From: Entomortierella parvispora E1425
Taxonomy: Eukaryota; Fungi; Mortierellomycota
Direction: 5' to 3'
Length of the DNA stretch: 64,000 bases
Assembly (NCBI GenBank): GCA_020891255.1
Contig: BQFW01000008.1
Coordinates: 868,001-932,000 of the forward strand
In this document: positions 47,396-60,382 of the stretch, piece after piece
Layout of the letters: every line of letters starts with the position of its first letter
Numbering within the stretch: the stretch's first letter is position 1
Made by a program: the position numbers and the translations under genes
Notes under the pieces: model-generated
What the model was told of the DNA's origin: nothing
Seen by the model: the letters and a program-made list of their open reading frames with translations, nothing else
Databases searched by the model: none

Positions 47396-49792
47396 TGTGG
47401 GGGGATATATTTACAGAAGGAGGGGAGAGAGGGAGAGAGGAAGAGTGTGAAGGTAAGTGAAAAGAGGAAGAAGGATGGAGAATGATATCAGAATCAAAAA
47501 AAGAAAAAGTGAAGAGAGGGGAGGAGGCGGAATTGTCCGCGATATTTAAAGAGTGCGAGCGATGATGTTGCCGACGATAGCCCAGCATGAGGAGAAGGGC
47601 GATAAAAGCAAAAGTACTGTAGTCAGTTAGTCAGTCAGTCATTCATTCATTCCTCCAGATCGATTAGTGTCCTCGGTCATTTCAGGCACTGTCCAGAGCA
47701 GGAGAGATCTCCAACCTAAAATAATAAAATCCTATTCAATGGGTTGCGGGTTGGATAGGGACAGTCACCCCAGCCATACCAGCCTGGACGGACGAACGCC
47801 TGCCTGACACTCGGGCAAAAAAGAAAAAAGAATATAGAGATAGCCTTTCCTCCACAGCAAGTGGGTTGGTGGGGAGATATGGCCACGAGAGCAGACGACC
47901 CAGGGTTCATAGTGCTGATGTAATGAACAATGGCTCCCGTTCCTGCTCCGTTTCATTCAGTCTTGTTGTCCTCTTCCATATGATAGCGGCAACGATTGGT
48001 GTTATGGACTTTGAAAGAAAATCCCTCTTGTCCCTCTTGCCCCTCTTGTTGAGGGTGCCAACTGTTTCTAATTGCTGTTGGACAGATACCTGACATCGTA
48101 ATCCGCCCTGAGCTCTCCTAAAAAAAGCCCCTTCGAACGTACCTTTGCTGACTCTGAATTGGTCGACGTATATCCAAAAAGTCCCACGGACACAACAGTT
48201 GGTGCCAATGCCCCGATGGTACATTAGCACAGTCTTCCCGTCCATTGCCCAGTATCGGCTGCCTTCCCCCGAGGTTCAACTTTTAGCCACGGACACCAGT
48301 GGAATTTTTTTAATAGTGATCCGATAATCCTTCAGCAACGACCATGCCGTTTGCTTCCATGATCCCATCATAGAGATGAATTGCGCTAGATGGGCAATGG
48401 GGGTAAACCATTAGCAAGGTTGAAGGAACACAAGGGTCCGAGGAAAAGAACGGGGCGCTTATCTTGGGCAGGACAACCCCGCAAAATCCAAGTTTCTATT
48501 TGTGGACAATGAGTGTGCATCCTACTGTAGTTGGAAATGTATCTAGACTCGATGATGGGAACTAGATGACTCGTTCAGACCACACGTTGTCTTTACAAGC
48601 ATGGACTTTGTTGTTTTCCTGATTGTTAGAGCGACAGAAGGGAAGATCAGTCTCAATTGGGTAGATCCGTGTCGATCGGATCTTAATTGTGGAGAAGTAT
48701 AGGTGATGAGGATGTCGATCCATCTACACCCCGGTTGAAGGGGAAGACCAGTTGCACTTTGGTCGTGTAATTACCGGAAGGACTTAAATGAGAGATGAGG
48801 TGAGGAAGTAAAGGGAAGGAGCAAAGTAGAGGAAGAAAAGGTGGAAGATTGAGGCACATCATTTCATCTTTTTTTTTTGTCGACGCGCGATACACGCGTT
48901 TGCACCTTGCTCTTGTTCCGACGCGCCCATCTCTGCAAGAACCCCTGCGTCCATGTGGAGATTGTTCATCCCCTGCATGCACTGACGCGTAAAAAAACAC
49001 ACAACTCTGCTTCAGAGAGAGAGGACCGATAAATGACGAAAGAAGGAAGGGAGGACCCTGCCAACCTTTTGAAACCATTTGCACATGACATCAGTGAAAA
49101 CAGGGTGCGACTACTACAGTATGAACTTGTGGACGACCATCTGTAATGGTCACATCATCTACCGTCACCCCTGTCATCGACGACGAGCCAGAGTCGAGTC
49201 CAGGGCCGCGCAACGGTCGTCGTATCGTCGCCACAGAACACAAAAACGAGTCTAAAATAAAATAAGGTTGCGTGATCCCTATCGGCAGTCCACGGAACAC
49301 GTGCTTTTCCTCCTCTTCCCGCCGATAGGGATGTTCTTTGTCTGCGACTGGTTTTGACTGGCCACCAAGATCTTCCAGGGCCGCTGACTGCCCTAATCCA
49401 TCCGCCCGTCGTGTGGGACTGAGAGCTTTCGCGGACGCGCTTCTTCGTTCATCTCCCCCCGAACACAGTTTCGCCGCATCCGTCCATAGTACGCCGAGAA
49501 GCGAGTTAGTGGCGTCCACCCAACACCATGGGTCGCGATTTTCCGGGCCCATGTTTCTCCATGGGGTTGCATCCTTTTTTCGTTCACTATGGTCCTCAAT
49601 AGACTTTTACTGCATCACATCTTCCAATGAAGCGAAAATAGGTCTGCAATCTAGTGCAGACTGTCACACTGTCACAGCTTCTAGTCCAAGATCCAAGATC
49701 GGTTGTAGCCCGATCGTGGGATCTTCATTTGATCCCTTTCTGTCAGTCTCAGCACACTCTTGTCTCAACCTTCGCCTTCTCTTGACTACCTT

Positions 49793-50564
49793 ATGGATCT
49801 TTCCTCATTAATATCATCTTCAGAGGATGCCGGTCAGCAGCCAAGCAAATATGGGCCTCCACCGATTTGTGGATCATTGCACCATCTGAATCTGTCAGTC
49901 CACAGTATGGAGAAATCAGTCAGATTTTACAGGTTACTTTGCGTCGACATTCTTGGATTTTCAGAACACCACTCCATGTCAGAGCATTCCCTTTGGTGGA
50001 AATACGGAGCCGGAGGTAGATTTGAAATGGATCAGTCCGGGGAAAAAAAGAATTCGACACAGGAAACTCATTCATCGCCTTACATATACGTTGCTAACAC
50101 GATTCATGTCAGCCATCTCCATCTCCCCAGGGGTAAACGCTTCGCACAACAAGTTCGTTCCAGGTAAATAAAAATAGGGACAGCGCCAAATACAACCTTG
50201 AACAGACGGAATTAGTGAACAGCTATCCAATTCTCCAAATGCGTAGGCCTTCACCATTTAGCTCTCCATATGGACTCGCGTGAACAGGTCAACCTTGCGT
50301 ATCGGAAGCTCAGAGACTTTTATGTGGCTAATGAGGGGCAGGAGATGGGGCGTATCTTGGATGAGCCTGCTGAATATCGGTACATGCCAGGATATTACGC
50401 GTAAGTCACCTTGCAGCCTTTCAAAAAAAAAAAAAAAATATACTGACCTCTTTGCGCTTCAACAATCTTTCTCGTTTTTCTTTTCTTTCCATAGCGTTTA
50501 TTTCACTGACCCTGACGGGATGAAACTCGAGCTGGTGCATACCCCAGCCTCATTGTTTCCATGA
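49793..50564 (+). CDS. VOC/glyoxalase-bleomycin resistance family protein, copy 1; introns 50016-50112, 50164-50246, 50401-50494
   Basis: SLHHLNLSVHSMEKSVRFY, GLHHLALH, PGYYAVYFTDPDGMKLELV after splicing. Confidence 0.85.
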
Positions 50565-51254
50565 GTGGACAGGACATACATTTGCTTTTTTATGACTGTG
50601 CTCAATTGATCGACATGAATGGACAACAACAACAAAAGCAAAAGATGAAAAGAATAAAAAGAAAAAAAGAACAAAAAGAAGAGAAGCGGGTGCATGTACT
50701 CTCTAGAAGATATGATCGAATTACTACCAGGCAAGGCAAGGTTTTGGAGAAGACTAGGAGAAAGAACGAGCTCGTCCATTGCCAGCAATGACAATACAAT
50801 GATCGTGGCGTCTGGGATCAAGTCAATTTTTCGAGTTGCAGCCATTTAACCAGTTGGTCGACCAACCCACTGATGATGAAGGCATGGAGATGGTACGGAT
50901 CCCCACAGCGCAGTTGGTGTCAGGGAGGGTCTGACCTGTCCAGCCAAGTGGCTCGCGTCACGTGCGGTTGTGTTTTGGTGGCAAAGTAGACCAAACCAGA
51001 ACGAATATCCATCGACTTCTTGCGCAGTTGCGCTGTCGGGCGTCAACCGAATGGGCAGGTGTACCGTTTGCATGAATGTTTGACCAGGAATCGGCAGCAG
51101 TCATCCACCATCGCAGACCGCGTTTCTGTCCATAAAAAGGGCACTTCACACGTACTTTTTTCTTTCCTCCATCTCTTTGACAACACAAAATAACACAAGC
51201 TTCCCCAATCAGCCCTACACTCTCTTCAACCTTCCACATTTTCTTGAATCCATA

Positions 51255-51772
51255 ATGGGCAAAACCGGAACTATCGGCCACCTTGACCTCTCTGTTGAGG
51301 ACTACGAGGCAAGCAAGAAATTTTACTCTTTCCTGTTGGTCGACCTCATGGGCTACAAGAACGTCATGGAAGAGCCGTACTGTACCATGTGGACCAACTC
51401 CATTGGTGAAATGATCGCCATTTCCCCTGGTAACAACACTCCCCACCACAAGTCCAACCCTGGTATTCATCACTTGGCCTTCAACGCCGAAACCCGCGAG
51501 CTGATTGACGAGTTCCACACGAAGATTGTCGATTATCAGTCAAAGAACGTCCATGCAAAGTCCACGATCCTGGACAAGCCTGCAGATTACCCTCAATACG
51601 TTCCCGGCTATTACGCGTAGGTGAACACGCTCGATAATATGATGAGGGGCCGCGCTATCCTTACTGACTGACCTCTCACGTCCTTTTCTCATATTGTAGC
51701 GTTTTCTTCACCGACCCCGACGGCATCAAGCTGGAGATCGCTTACAAACCCGACACTTATCGTCAAAACTAA
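51255..51772 (+). CDS. VOC family protein, copy 2; intron 51617-51699
   Basis: IGHLDLSVEDYEASKKFY, PGIHHLAFNAETRE, PGYYAVFFTDPDGIKLEI. Confidence 0.9.
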
Positions 51773-52293
51773 GTAGCGAATGCATCAAGGGTCCGGACAA
51801 AGTCTGTCATGTCAAACATGTCCAGCAATATTCAGAGAAAAAAAAGTGTTTACCAGTGAGAAAAAGCTGGCTCTACCGCACGGGACTCAAGATCTAGTCA
51901 AGTTGCTCCATAACTGAACAATAAAAATGTTTGAAGAGCTGCTCAGGCCGCCTGCCCTACCTGCCCTTTCCGTCGCATCCTTGTTGGAAACGACTAGATC
52001 GCATTGCCTTTCCTTTCAAATATCTATGTTGACTAATGTCATGGGTTTCAATTGTTCGAGTCGTGGAAGAGGTCAAAGCAATCCACTTTCCTCAAGACCA
52101 CCCGCCGTCTTTTTTTTTTTTTTTTTTTTTTTTTTTGGTGGCGACTTGGCGCAAACCAGTCGTCTTCCGATTGTATAAAGTGGCCTTGCCTTGCAAGCAA
52201 ATCCCTACAACTTCAACTCCCCTCGTCCAAAGTCCTTCTTCTGTCACACATCACTCACCTACGACTGCATTCTCGCCACAAGCCTTCACCACC

Positions 52294-52851
52294 ATGCCCA
52301 AGACCGGAAGCATCGATCATATCTCCTTGTGTTGCTTTGATTATGAGCAAAGCGCAAAGTTCTACGGGTTCCTCCTTGTAGATCTTCTCGGCTTCAGACA
52401 AACCTACACAGGTCCCCTGTGCACCATGTGGAAAGGGGCCAATGGTGTTTGCATTGGTGTCTCTCCTGGGAACAACACCAAGCACCACAAGATGAACCCA
52501 GGTTTGCATCATTTGGCCTTCAACGCCGAGACGCGCGAACTGATTGATGAGACCCACACAAAGATTGTCAACTTTCAGAAGGAGAAGGGGTCCGAAAAAT
52601 CCATGGGCGAGATCCTGGACAAGCCCGCGTTGTATCCAGAGTACGGACCCGAGTATTACGCGTAAGTGCAGCGTCCTCTTGAAGGCAGCAGTTGCATCAA
52701 CTGTAAACACAACGATGGTGGCCTTGTGAGAATAAACACTTGTGTTAATGAAAAGCTCTTCTCTTCCTATTGTGATAGTGTCTTCTTTACCGACCCGTCC
52801 GGTATCAAGCTCGAAATTGCCTACATCAATGACGGACCGAATGAGGAGTGA
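52294..52851 (+). CDS. VOC family protein, copy 3; intron 52662-52778
   Basis: IDHISLCCFDYEQSAKFY, PGLHHLAFNAETRE, PEYYAVFFTDPSGIKLEI. Confidence 0.9.
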
Positions 52852-52940
52852 AGGACAGTCAGCTGTAGTCTCCCAGAGTAGGAAGAGAAGACAAATATGA
52901 ATAAAGATATCAAAGTCGACTTTTATTTTCCACCGGTTTT

Positions 52941-55359
52941 CTACAGTTCGTCATGCTTCTTTGTGGCGTCCTGAGTGAGAGTCTCGCCTGGCATGGTGGG
53001 CTCGGGAATGATGTCAATGTCCTCTTGAATCTCTGAGGTTTCATCCACGGCCTCGCACACAGCAGGCGTCTTGAAATTGTACAGGTATTCGCACTTCTCC
53101 GGTTCTGTCACCGAGATGATTTCATTCACAGCACCGCAGCTCAGAACCATCTAGACGATGCCGTCGTTTAGAAAACCCATGTTAGAACAGCAGTGCCAGA
53201 TGATCCGCGAGAGATGTACAATTGATCATTCTTACCTTGACTGATCGCTCCGGTCCATTCCAGCATTTCAATCCTCCAGTGTACATTTGGACCCTGTGGT
53301 CATCTCCTTCCCAACCAGAGAATGATCTACATGACAGAATCCTGCATCAGCATCGGTTGAAGTATTACTGCGTTCCCTTCCAGTCTTCTTGGGGATGTTC
53401 ACTTACCCAAGCGACGTGTTGGAAGAATCCGACTTTTGAGCAGCATTGCCAAACAAACAGACAGAATAGGTATACTCTCTGTCCTTAAACTCAAAGCATT
53501 GGTCTACCAACTTTGCAAAAGACTCGTCCTTGCCGTAGTCGACCTTCATCTTCCTGTTGACGTCTTCAATCTCCTGTTGAATTCGACGCTCTTCGTCTGA
53601 TGCATTGTTGTAGGCTTCTTGCGCCAATTCAAGATCTAAAGTTGAAGAGAGATATGGTTATAGTGATTGTGGGTAATGACATGACTAGCCCCATGTCGTT
53701 ATTCTAGGAGTCCTCTTCCTACCCGACTTCTTCTTTCCAAACAAAAATCCAAGTCCGACTGATTTAGCCCGGCTGCGAACTTGATCATAAATTGAAGAGA
53801 AGACGGTCTGGCTCTTGTCTGGATTAAGAGTGCACCAAAGACGACAGAAAGTCAGCATTCATCGTTGTGAAGCGTCCATTGAAGTAGTATTAATCGCTCT
53901 GAAATTGCCAGCAGTCGCCTACCCTGACCAGATCCTGAAGACTCCTGTGTCTCAACGGGGATCGCCTCAGGTATCACAAGGGACTCCTCGCCTACAAACT
54001 CATTCTGCTCGTCAACCCAGGACGGTGCGAAGCTATCCAAAGCCGACAGGGCTTTCAAGACAGCCTCATCATTGTATTCGGTATTGTATCCTTCCTTCAT
54101 GGCCTTCAGTAGCTGGAACATCCTTCCGATATCCTTGCGAGTTTCGTATGTCTGGGCAAGAGAGTTCTTGTACTGCTTGTCTGAAGTGATTTCAACCGCC
54201 TCCCCGGAGGCAGGCTCTTCTTCAGCCTCTACGATCTCTGCAAGATATTCGTCGTATCCAGAAATGGTTGATTTCACAGCAAGATCATGGTAGTTCTTAT
54301 TGTGGCCCTCCTTGAGCTCATCCATGACAGAGCGGAAATGGGACTTGATCGTTTTGGCGTGCTCAAGTCGCTTGTCCTGCTCAGCAATAATTGGCTCCAA
54401 TTGAATCCTGCGAGCGGCTTCACGTTCGGCCTTGGTACTTTCCATGAACTCATCCTGCTTGATCTTTTCGTTATCCAAAACCGCTAAAAACGAGACCGGC
54501 AGTTGAGTATTCGTGTGTCTTGAACAATTGTCCTTGCTACTACACGATGCATCATCATAAATAAAAGTCTTGATTTGGCGGTTCTTACCTTTAGCCTCTG
54601 ATGACTTGAGTTGAACGACTTCTGACTTTGCCAGCAACTTTTCCAGTTGATCCTGAAGTCGCTTTTTCGAGTTTCGGCCATATTCGACATATCCTTTTCG
54701 AATTTTGCTGCCTTCTTTTTGAAGCTTTCGCAAACGTTGACGCTCCACTTTGGCTTCTGCTCCAACCTCGTCACAGATGTTGGGACAATGGATTCGCCCA
54801 TCAAATTCGTCAGATCCGTCGCAGCATTGGGGGTCACAGACTCCATCGTTAAGTCTGTTTGTTTTGATATAGGAAGGGACATGTCCCTTGTTAACGCAGT
54901 AAAAGTATCCCGTGCCGCAGGCCGAGGTTCCTAGTTGTATTCAGATGTTAAGCATTAGCGCGCTCCCTCTCTTTGGTGGATCAAATTGATTGCGGATCGG
55001 ACGATAGCTTTAGACGATAAGTAATATCCCCACCTGGTTCGTCTGATCCATCAGGACAGTCGCAATAGTCATCGTTGATGGCAGAAAAGGGAATGGTTTT
55101 TGAACCATCCAAGCACCTCCAGTTGCCATTGCTGTCTGGAATGAAGTTCTTGAGTTCTAGAGTTGCCAATGAAGTAAAAAAATTAGCCCCCTTTGAATGG
55201 AATTGTCTCCATAGTCGACGTCATTTCATTTGAGTGATCTCGCGATCGCATACTGGATGGGGCCACTCCACGAATATCTCTGTTTTGAGATGACTCTGCC
55301 TCAGCAAAGGTGAGTCCCAGGGCCATCACCACTGGAATGAACAACACGAGTGTCTTCAT
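52941..55359 (-). CDS. GTB1: Glucosidase II beta subunit (PRKCSH), multi-exon
   Basis: Signal peptide, INDDYCDCPDGSDEPG, NDGVCDPQCCDGSDE, MRH domain (KCWNGPERS, VTEPEKCEY), C-terminal HDEL. Confidence 0.96.
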
Positions 55360-57430
55360 GGTCAATGGAGGCTGCTTAGATGAAACGGTGAATGAGCTGT
55401 TCTGAAGCGGAAATCTATCGCACGATTCGGGGTTTGCTTCTGAATGTGATTCCTTTTCTCGGGGGAGGCGGTGCTAGAGGGTGGGGTCGAGTAAAAAGTC
55501 CTGAATGCGAATGTGAATGATCTCGAGGGATTTTGAAGGACGACCAAAGAGGCCCCTGAAGTGAGTGATGGAGTGATGACGCGGTCTGATTGGCTAGAGG
55601 TAGTTTGTCGTTGAAGACGCGTTTCTCGCGAGGCGCTGAATGTCTCCTTGGTATCTTTACTTCCTTCGTTCTTTCTTCCCAAGAGCTCGAGTCAAAGGCA
55701 TCGTGTCCCCATAGCCATCAATCTAGAGCTACATCTACCTCTTTCTTGAGCCCAGCAAGGGAACGCGTCTTTTGAATGTGCTTGCAAGCCCTCCAACAAA
55801 CAGACGTTGTGGAGGTCACAAACCATAAGAGCAAGACCTGTTTGTACATGCATCCGATGATTGAAGCAAAGACGTCAATGGCGTCAAAGTCCCGCGAGTT
55901 TTTAAAACATTGCATGCATTATCAGCCCCAGAAACGTTGATGGGTCCATTGGCAAAGGGCTAGAATGCCATGGCGACCACATTTCAGACCACCCCAAAGA
56001 TGTAGTGGAAGGGCCGTTAGAGTTGCAGCATTGTACTCAAAAGTGGTGAAAATGGAGACACAAAGCAAAACACATCATCTGGTGTGCCCTGGAGTCGATC
56101 AAAAAACACTTCAGCTTGCGCCCAGAAACAATGAGCTTTTTGCGCAGAAAAAGACAGGTGTATTAAACCACGAAGGCGACTTGATCGCCTGATCATCTCA
56201 CAAAGTGGACAACAACGGTCAGTTTCATGTCATAAAGTAGGGGTCAACAGGGCGAGAAACCTGTGCGTATGTTTGTTGGATTTGTCATGGAAGGGAAGAA
56301 TGGCACTTTTGGGGCACCAACGTGGCCAAAACCTCCGAGGAAGTAAAAAAAAAGAACTCTGCACACACAGCCGGATCGAGAGGCTGGAAGCAGAAAGGAA
56401 TTTTTCAAGATCTCAAATCCAAAAAGGGTGTGATCAAAAAGAAAACAAAAAGCAGAGTTGAGCTCCACCTTTTCGTGCCACGGCACCATCGGTAACAGAT
56501 GACTGGCCCAGCTGTGGCAAAGAAAGAAGAAGAAAAAAGGGCCGACCCAGGTGGGAGCATCAATTGAGAAACTTGCGAAAGCGAAGGCTCACTTTTAATT
56601 TTCCTTTTTCCCCTTTCCTGCTGACAGAGCTGCTCTGTCCGTGTGAATTATGATGGAACGCAGGTCCAGAGCCAAGGCGATCATTAGCTCGATTTTGACT
56701 GTGGCGGCTTTGACGGGTAAATGTCCGTTGTAACGGTAGGTCCGATGCATGGTAGCAACACTACGCCATTTAAAAATACGAATGATCAAACAGGACCATG
56801 GCACCTGCACAGCAACTGCACTAAAGCAATTACTCCCTCCTTAGTGACTAATTGCTCCTGTTGGGGCAGCTCAGTGGATAAGGGAGCAAGTGCGCAAGAT
56901 AGTCAAAGAGTTGAGAAGGGCCTAGTGGCATCAGTTCATATATACGCCCTCGCCCTGGATGCTCTTTGCCCAGACCAGCTGATCGACGGTCTTTTTCGTC
57001 AGAGTAGATCACTCCTCTCCATCCCCTGTTCAGGTATACTAGCAGGCAGACTGAGCAGATGGAACGGGGGGATGGTCGGGAAAGTGGATAGCCGAGTCTA
57101 GTTCTGCGCTGCACTCCAACAACCACACCATGGGCACAGAAAAAAAAATTCAGTGGTAAACCTTGACCTTGTTTCTCTTTTCTTCCTTCCTCTTTTGTCT
57201 TCTCATTCGACATCTCTCTCGGTTTTCCTCCATCTCCATTCCCCCATCCAACTCCATCCTTCCATTCGTATCTGACTTCAATTCCACATTCCTCGCCCCT
57301 GCCTCGTCCTTTTTTTCCAAAGAACAAGCACACGCTTGCCACCACAGCACAACCTCAAATTTAAATTAATTGCCTTCTGCACGCCCCACGCTCACTTCCT
57401 CTTTCTCCTTCTCCCCTACCCGAATACACC

Positions 57431-59918
57431 ATGGAGTACCAACTTGAACCTCGGCTGCCTGCACACCGCACTCAACGTGCCCTCAGCATGGCGTCTGACT
57501 CCAAAAAGCATCGAGACATCTTCTATCAGGACGCAATGGAGGCCTACTTTGCACGTCCTCTACCAAGTCCTCCAGCGACTCTTACTCCCCTTTACCCAAA
57601 CCAAAAATCTCCAATGTCAATCTCACAGCTCTCGCATGACCCACTTGCTCCCTTGCACGACGACTCTGACCTCTACAAGCGACTCACACCCTCGCCACTT
57701 CCTGCCCCTTCCTATTCAACTGCTGACCCAAAGAAAATCGCAAAGGCAGCCCAACGACAAAAGAGGGAGCTCCTAGTCCAAAAGCTCCAACAACAACAGG
57801 CGGAGGCTATGGAGAGGGCAAAGCAAGAAAAATTGGATCGTGAGCAAGCAAAGCTGGAGAGGAAACAAAAGAGAGAAGATTATAAACAGATGTACCAAAG
57901 TCAACATGACTATCAGCAAGAGATGGAAGAACGTCGGGTTGAAAGACGTCAACAACGCTCGCTCCCCATCTACCCCTCTGGAGCGTCCTCAGCGTCATCC
58001 GACAGCACTAGTACGGTCGAGACTCGCGTTCCTAAGTCTATCACGAATGAGATTTATTACCACACCAGCCGCCACTATCACCGAAACCAGTCTTCGTCAG
58101 GGAGAGACCACCTCGATAGCATGTCATCAACAGCTTCGACAGCGACACGCTCCTCACACACCAAGGGCAAAGTCTCTGCAGAGCAAATGCGCTCTCTCAG
58201 TCTCAAGGGCGCCTCAACCAAGTCCATGTATGACCTTCGCCCTTGGTCTGGGGGGCCACTGTCTCCCACGTATGACCAGTCGTTCTTTGAGGTGGATAGA
58301 GAAGAGAGTGCAAGCTCTCAAGGCTGGGACTCGCTCATGGACACATTACAGTCCCCGACAGCGTCTGCACCGTTGGAATCTCCACTTTGGGAGACATCCT
58401 CGAAAGAGGAGATTGAACCCGAGGTGGCCAGGGTACCATCTCATAGCACGATGAGTTTCCTGCCCACAAACAACAGCAAGAACGGCAATGGCAGATACCT
58501 GTTGGGTAAGTTTGTCTGAGTGCGTGCGTGTGTGTTTGTGTGTTTCTGCCTGAGAATTAGGCTCCAACGACCCTGCGGAGGAAAATACAGTAGTGCTCTT
58601 TACACCTTTCTCCACTTACTGGACCCAATAACGTGGTGATACAGAGGACGTGTGAGCGGCTGTCGAACCTTGACGCATTTGCTTCTTGCACCAACCACGG
58701 CCCCTCGTCTGCTGGCATTCCGCGTTGCAGTGCCACAATGTGTGCGTGCAGGGTCAACATGTTTGCCTGCCCACGTTGTGTTTGTCCGCCTTGTACTGTA
58801 CATCTCCCCATACTTTTTTTAATGGCTCTTGGAATGTGCGCTAAAGATCAGTTTTTTTTTTCTTTTCTTTTCTTGTTCTTCCAATAGTCCTTGGCGCTAA
58901 TGGCCGGACGGGCATTGAGCTGGTAAGGCAGGGCTTGGAGCTCAATTACCGTGTCACCGCCTTTGTGCGAGATGACAAGGTCCTCCTGGAAGACCCTGTA
59001 CTCCGCAAAAACCAGAACCTGCTCATCGTCCGAGGCTCACCAACGTGCCAGTCGGACCTTGATCGTTGTGTCGAAGGACAAGATGTAGTGATCAACGTGA
59101 TCGGGGTAGGTGACATCTCATTTGCAACCTGAGATGTCATGTTCAACAGCGTCCCTGTACTAAACAAAACAACTGCTTGCTTTCACCTAGGCGCGTCTCT
59201 TGGGAGGAGACCCAACAATTGGTTCCCATTCTCAAGTCATTCTCAACAACTCTATGAAAAAGCATGGTAAGGAGATCGGTGGCGAATATTGCGTTCTCTC
59301 TGTCTCTTAGAGTCTCATTTAACTGATCTGATACAACTATGACTCCCCGCTCTCTCTCTAGGCGTTCGGCGGCTCATTGTTGTCACCTCCTACGGCTGCC
59401 TGGGACTCAGAAACTACCTGATTAGCACCCGGCGGCTGTTTTCTCGAGTTTTCATGACAGGCATCCTCAAAGATAAGGTCCTTCAAGAGGACATCGTCCA
59501 ACGGTCCTCCGCCCATTTCGAATGGACCATTATCCGCCCCATTACACTGAAAGACGACGAACAATCCGAAAAGTTCTTTGTGAGCAAGAGCGCTCTTCCA
59601 AAAACAAGTCGCGTAAAGCCCTTGAGCCGGAAGGATCTCGCCTCTTATCTCCTTGGGGTCATTAATGAAAACACGGCCACAAACGTGATCCGCAGCGTTG
59701 CCGGCAAGCCCAAGACTGTTCCCACCAAGCCCTTCTGTCCATTCGAGAAGAAGAGGGTGGCGATCGAGATTGTCAAACAAGCCGAGGAGGATGCTGAGGA
59801 CGAGCTTCTCCGGAAAAAGGAACAGGTGCTCTATTTGCAACAACAGCAACAGCAACGCCAATTGCAAGCTACGGCACCTCCACAGCTCAATCCTCCTGCC
59901 ATAATGATAGTGAACTAG
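57431..59918 (+). CDS. NAD(P)H-binding Rossmann protein (flavin reductase/BLVRB-like) with long disordered N-terminus; introns 58506-58887, 59106-59190, 59267-59361
   Basis: Donor G|GTAAGT at 58506 and acceptor TAG at 58887 rebuild RYLLVLGANGRTG. Followed by VTAFVRD, GQDVVINVIG, GVRRLIVVTSYG, EWTIIRP, LSRKDLA. Confidence 0.8.
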
Positions 59919-60382
59919 AACCTATTGTACCATCAATGTATATTTTGATCGCCCCAATTGCTCGATTGCGTCTGCCTGCATGTGTGTTGTTGCTGTTGTG
60001 GCGCAACCAGCGTTGTTCCTGAAAGATGGGCTGTGCTCTGTGGATGTCCATTATTGGCTCAGCAGACAGGGACAGCAGGTCACCCTGCCAGCTGCCACCC
60101 CACAAGACCCAACAGTCCGTTTGTATCCTCCCAAATTGATGGTCTGCCTGCTGAGAGCCCCGCCCTTGAAAAGAAAAGCGGGAATGTCCATGTGTCTGCA
60201 TTGAATGCAAAGTCAAAGGCAGGAGCAGCTCATCATTTTCTCCACTCTCATTCATTCACTCCCATCCTCAACTCAAAATCGCTTTTTTTTCTTTCTTACC
60301 CTCCGATCGATTCTTTTCTCTTGCTCCAGCTCGTCACCGTTACGAATACCGAACGCAAAGAAGAAACAGGGAAAAAAACGTC

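Noticed and set aside
47388-47588. 66-codon upstream ORF overlapping the GSIII start
   Set aside because: It runs through pyrimidine-rich promoter/UTR sequence and its ATG lies upstream of a TATA-like TTTAAATA, so it is probably not transcribed.
28930-55359. ERD2 and its HDEL-bearing client GTB1, plus other trafficking genes, in one window
   Set aside because: They are 22 kb apart with unrelated genes between; expected by chance in a gene-dense genome.
55400-57300. Short ORFs between GTB1 and the Rossmann gene as a transposon relic
   Set aside because: No terminal repeats, TSDs or recognisable transposase motifs.
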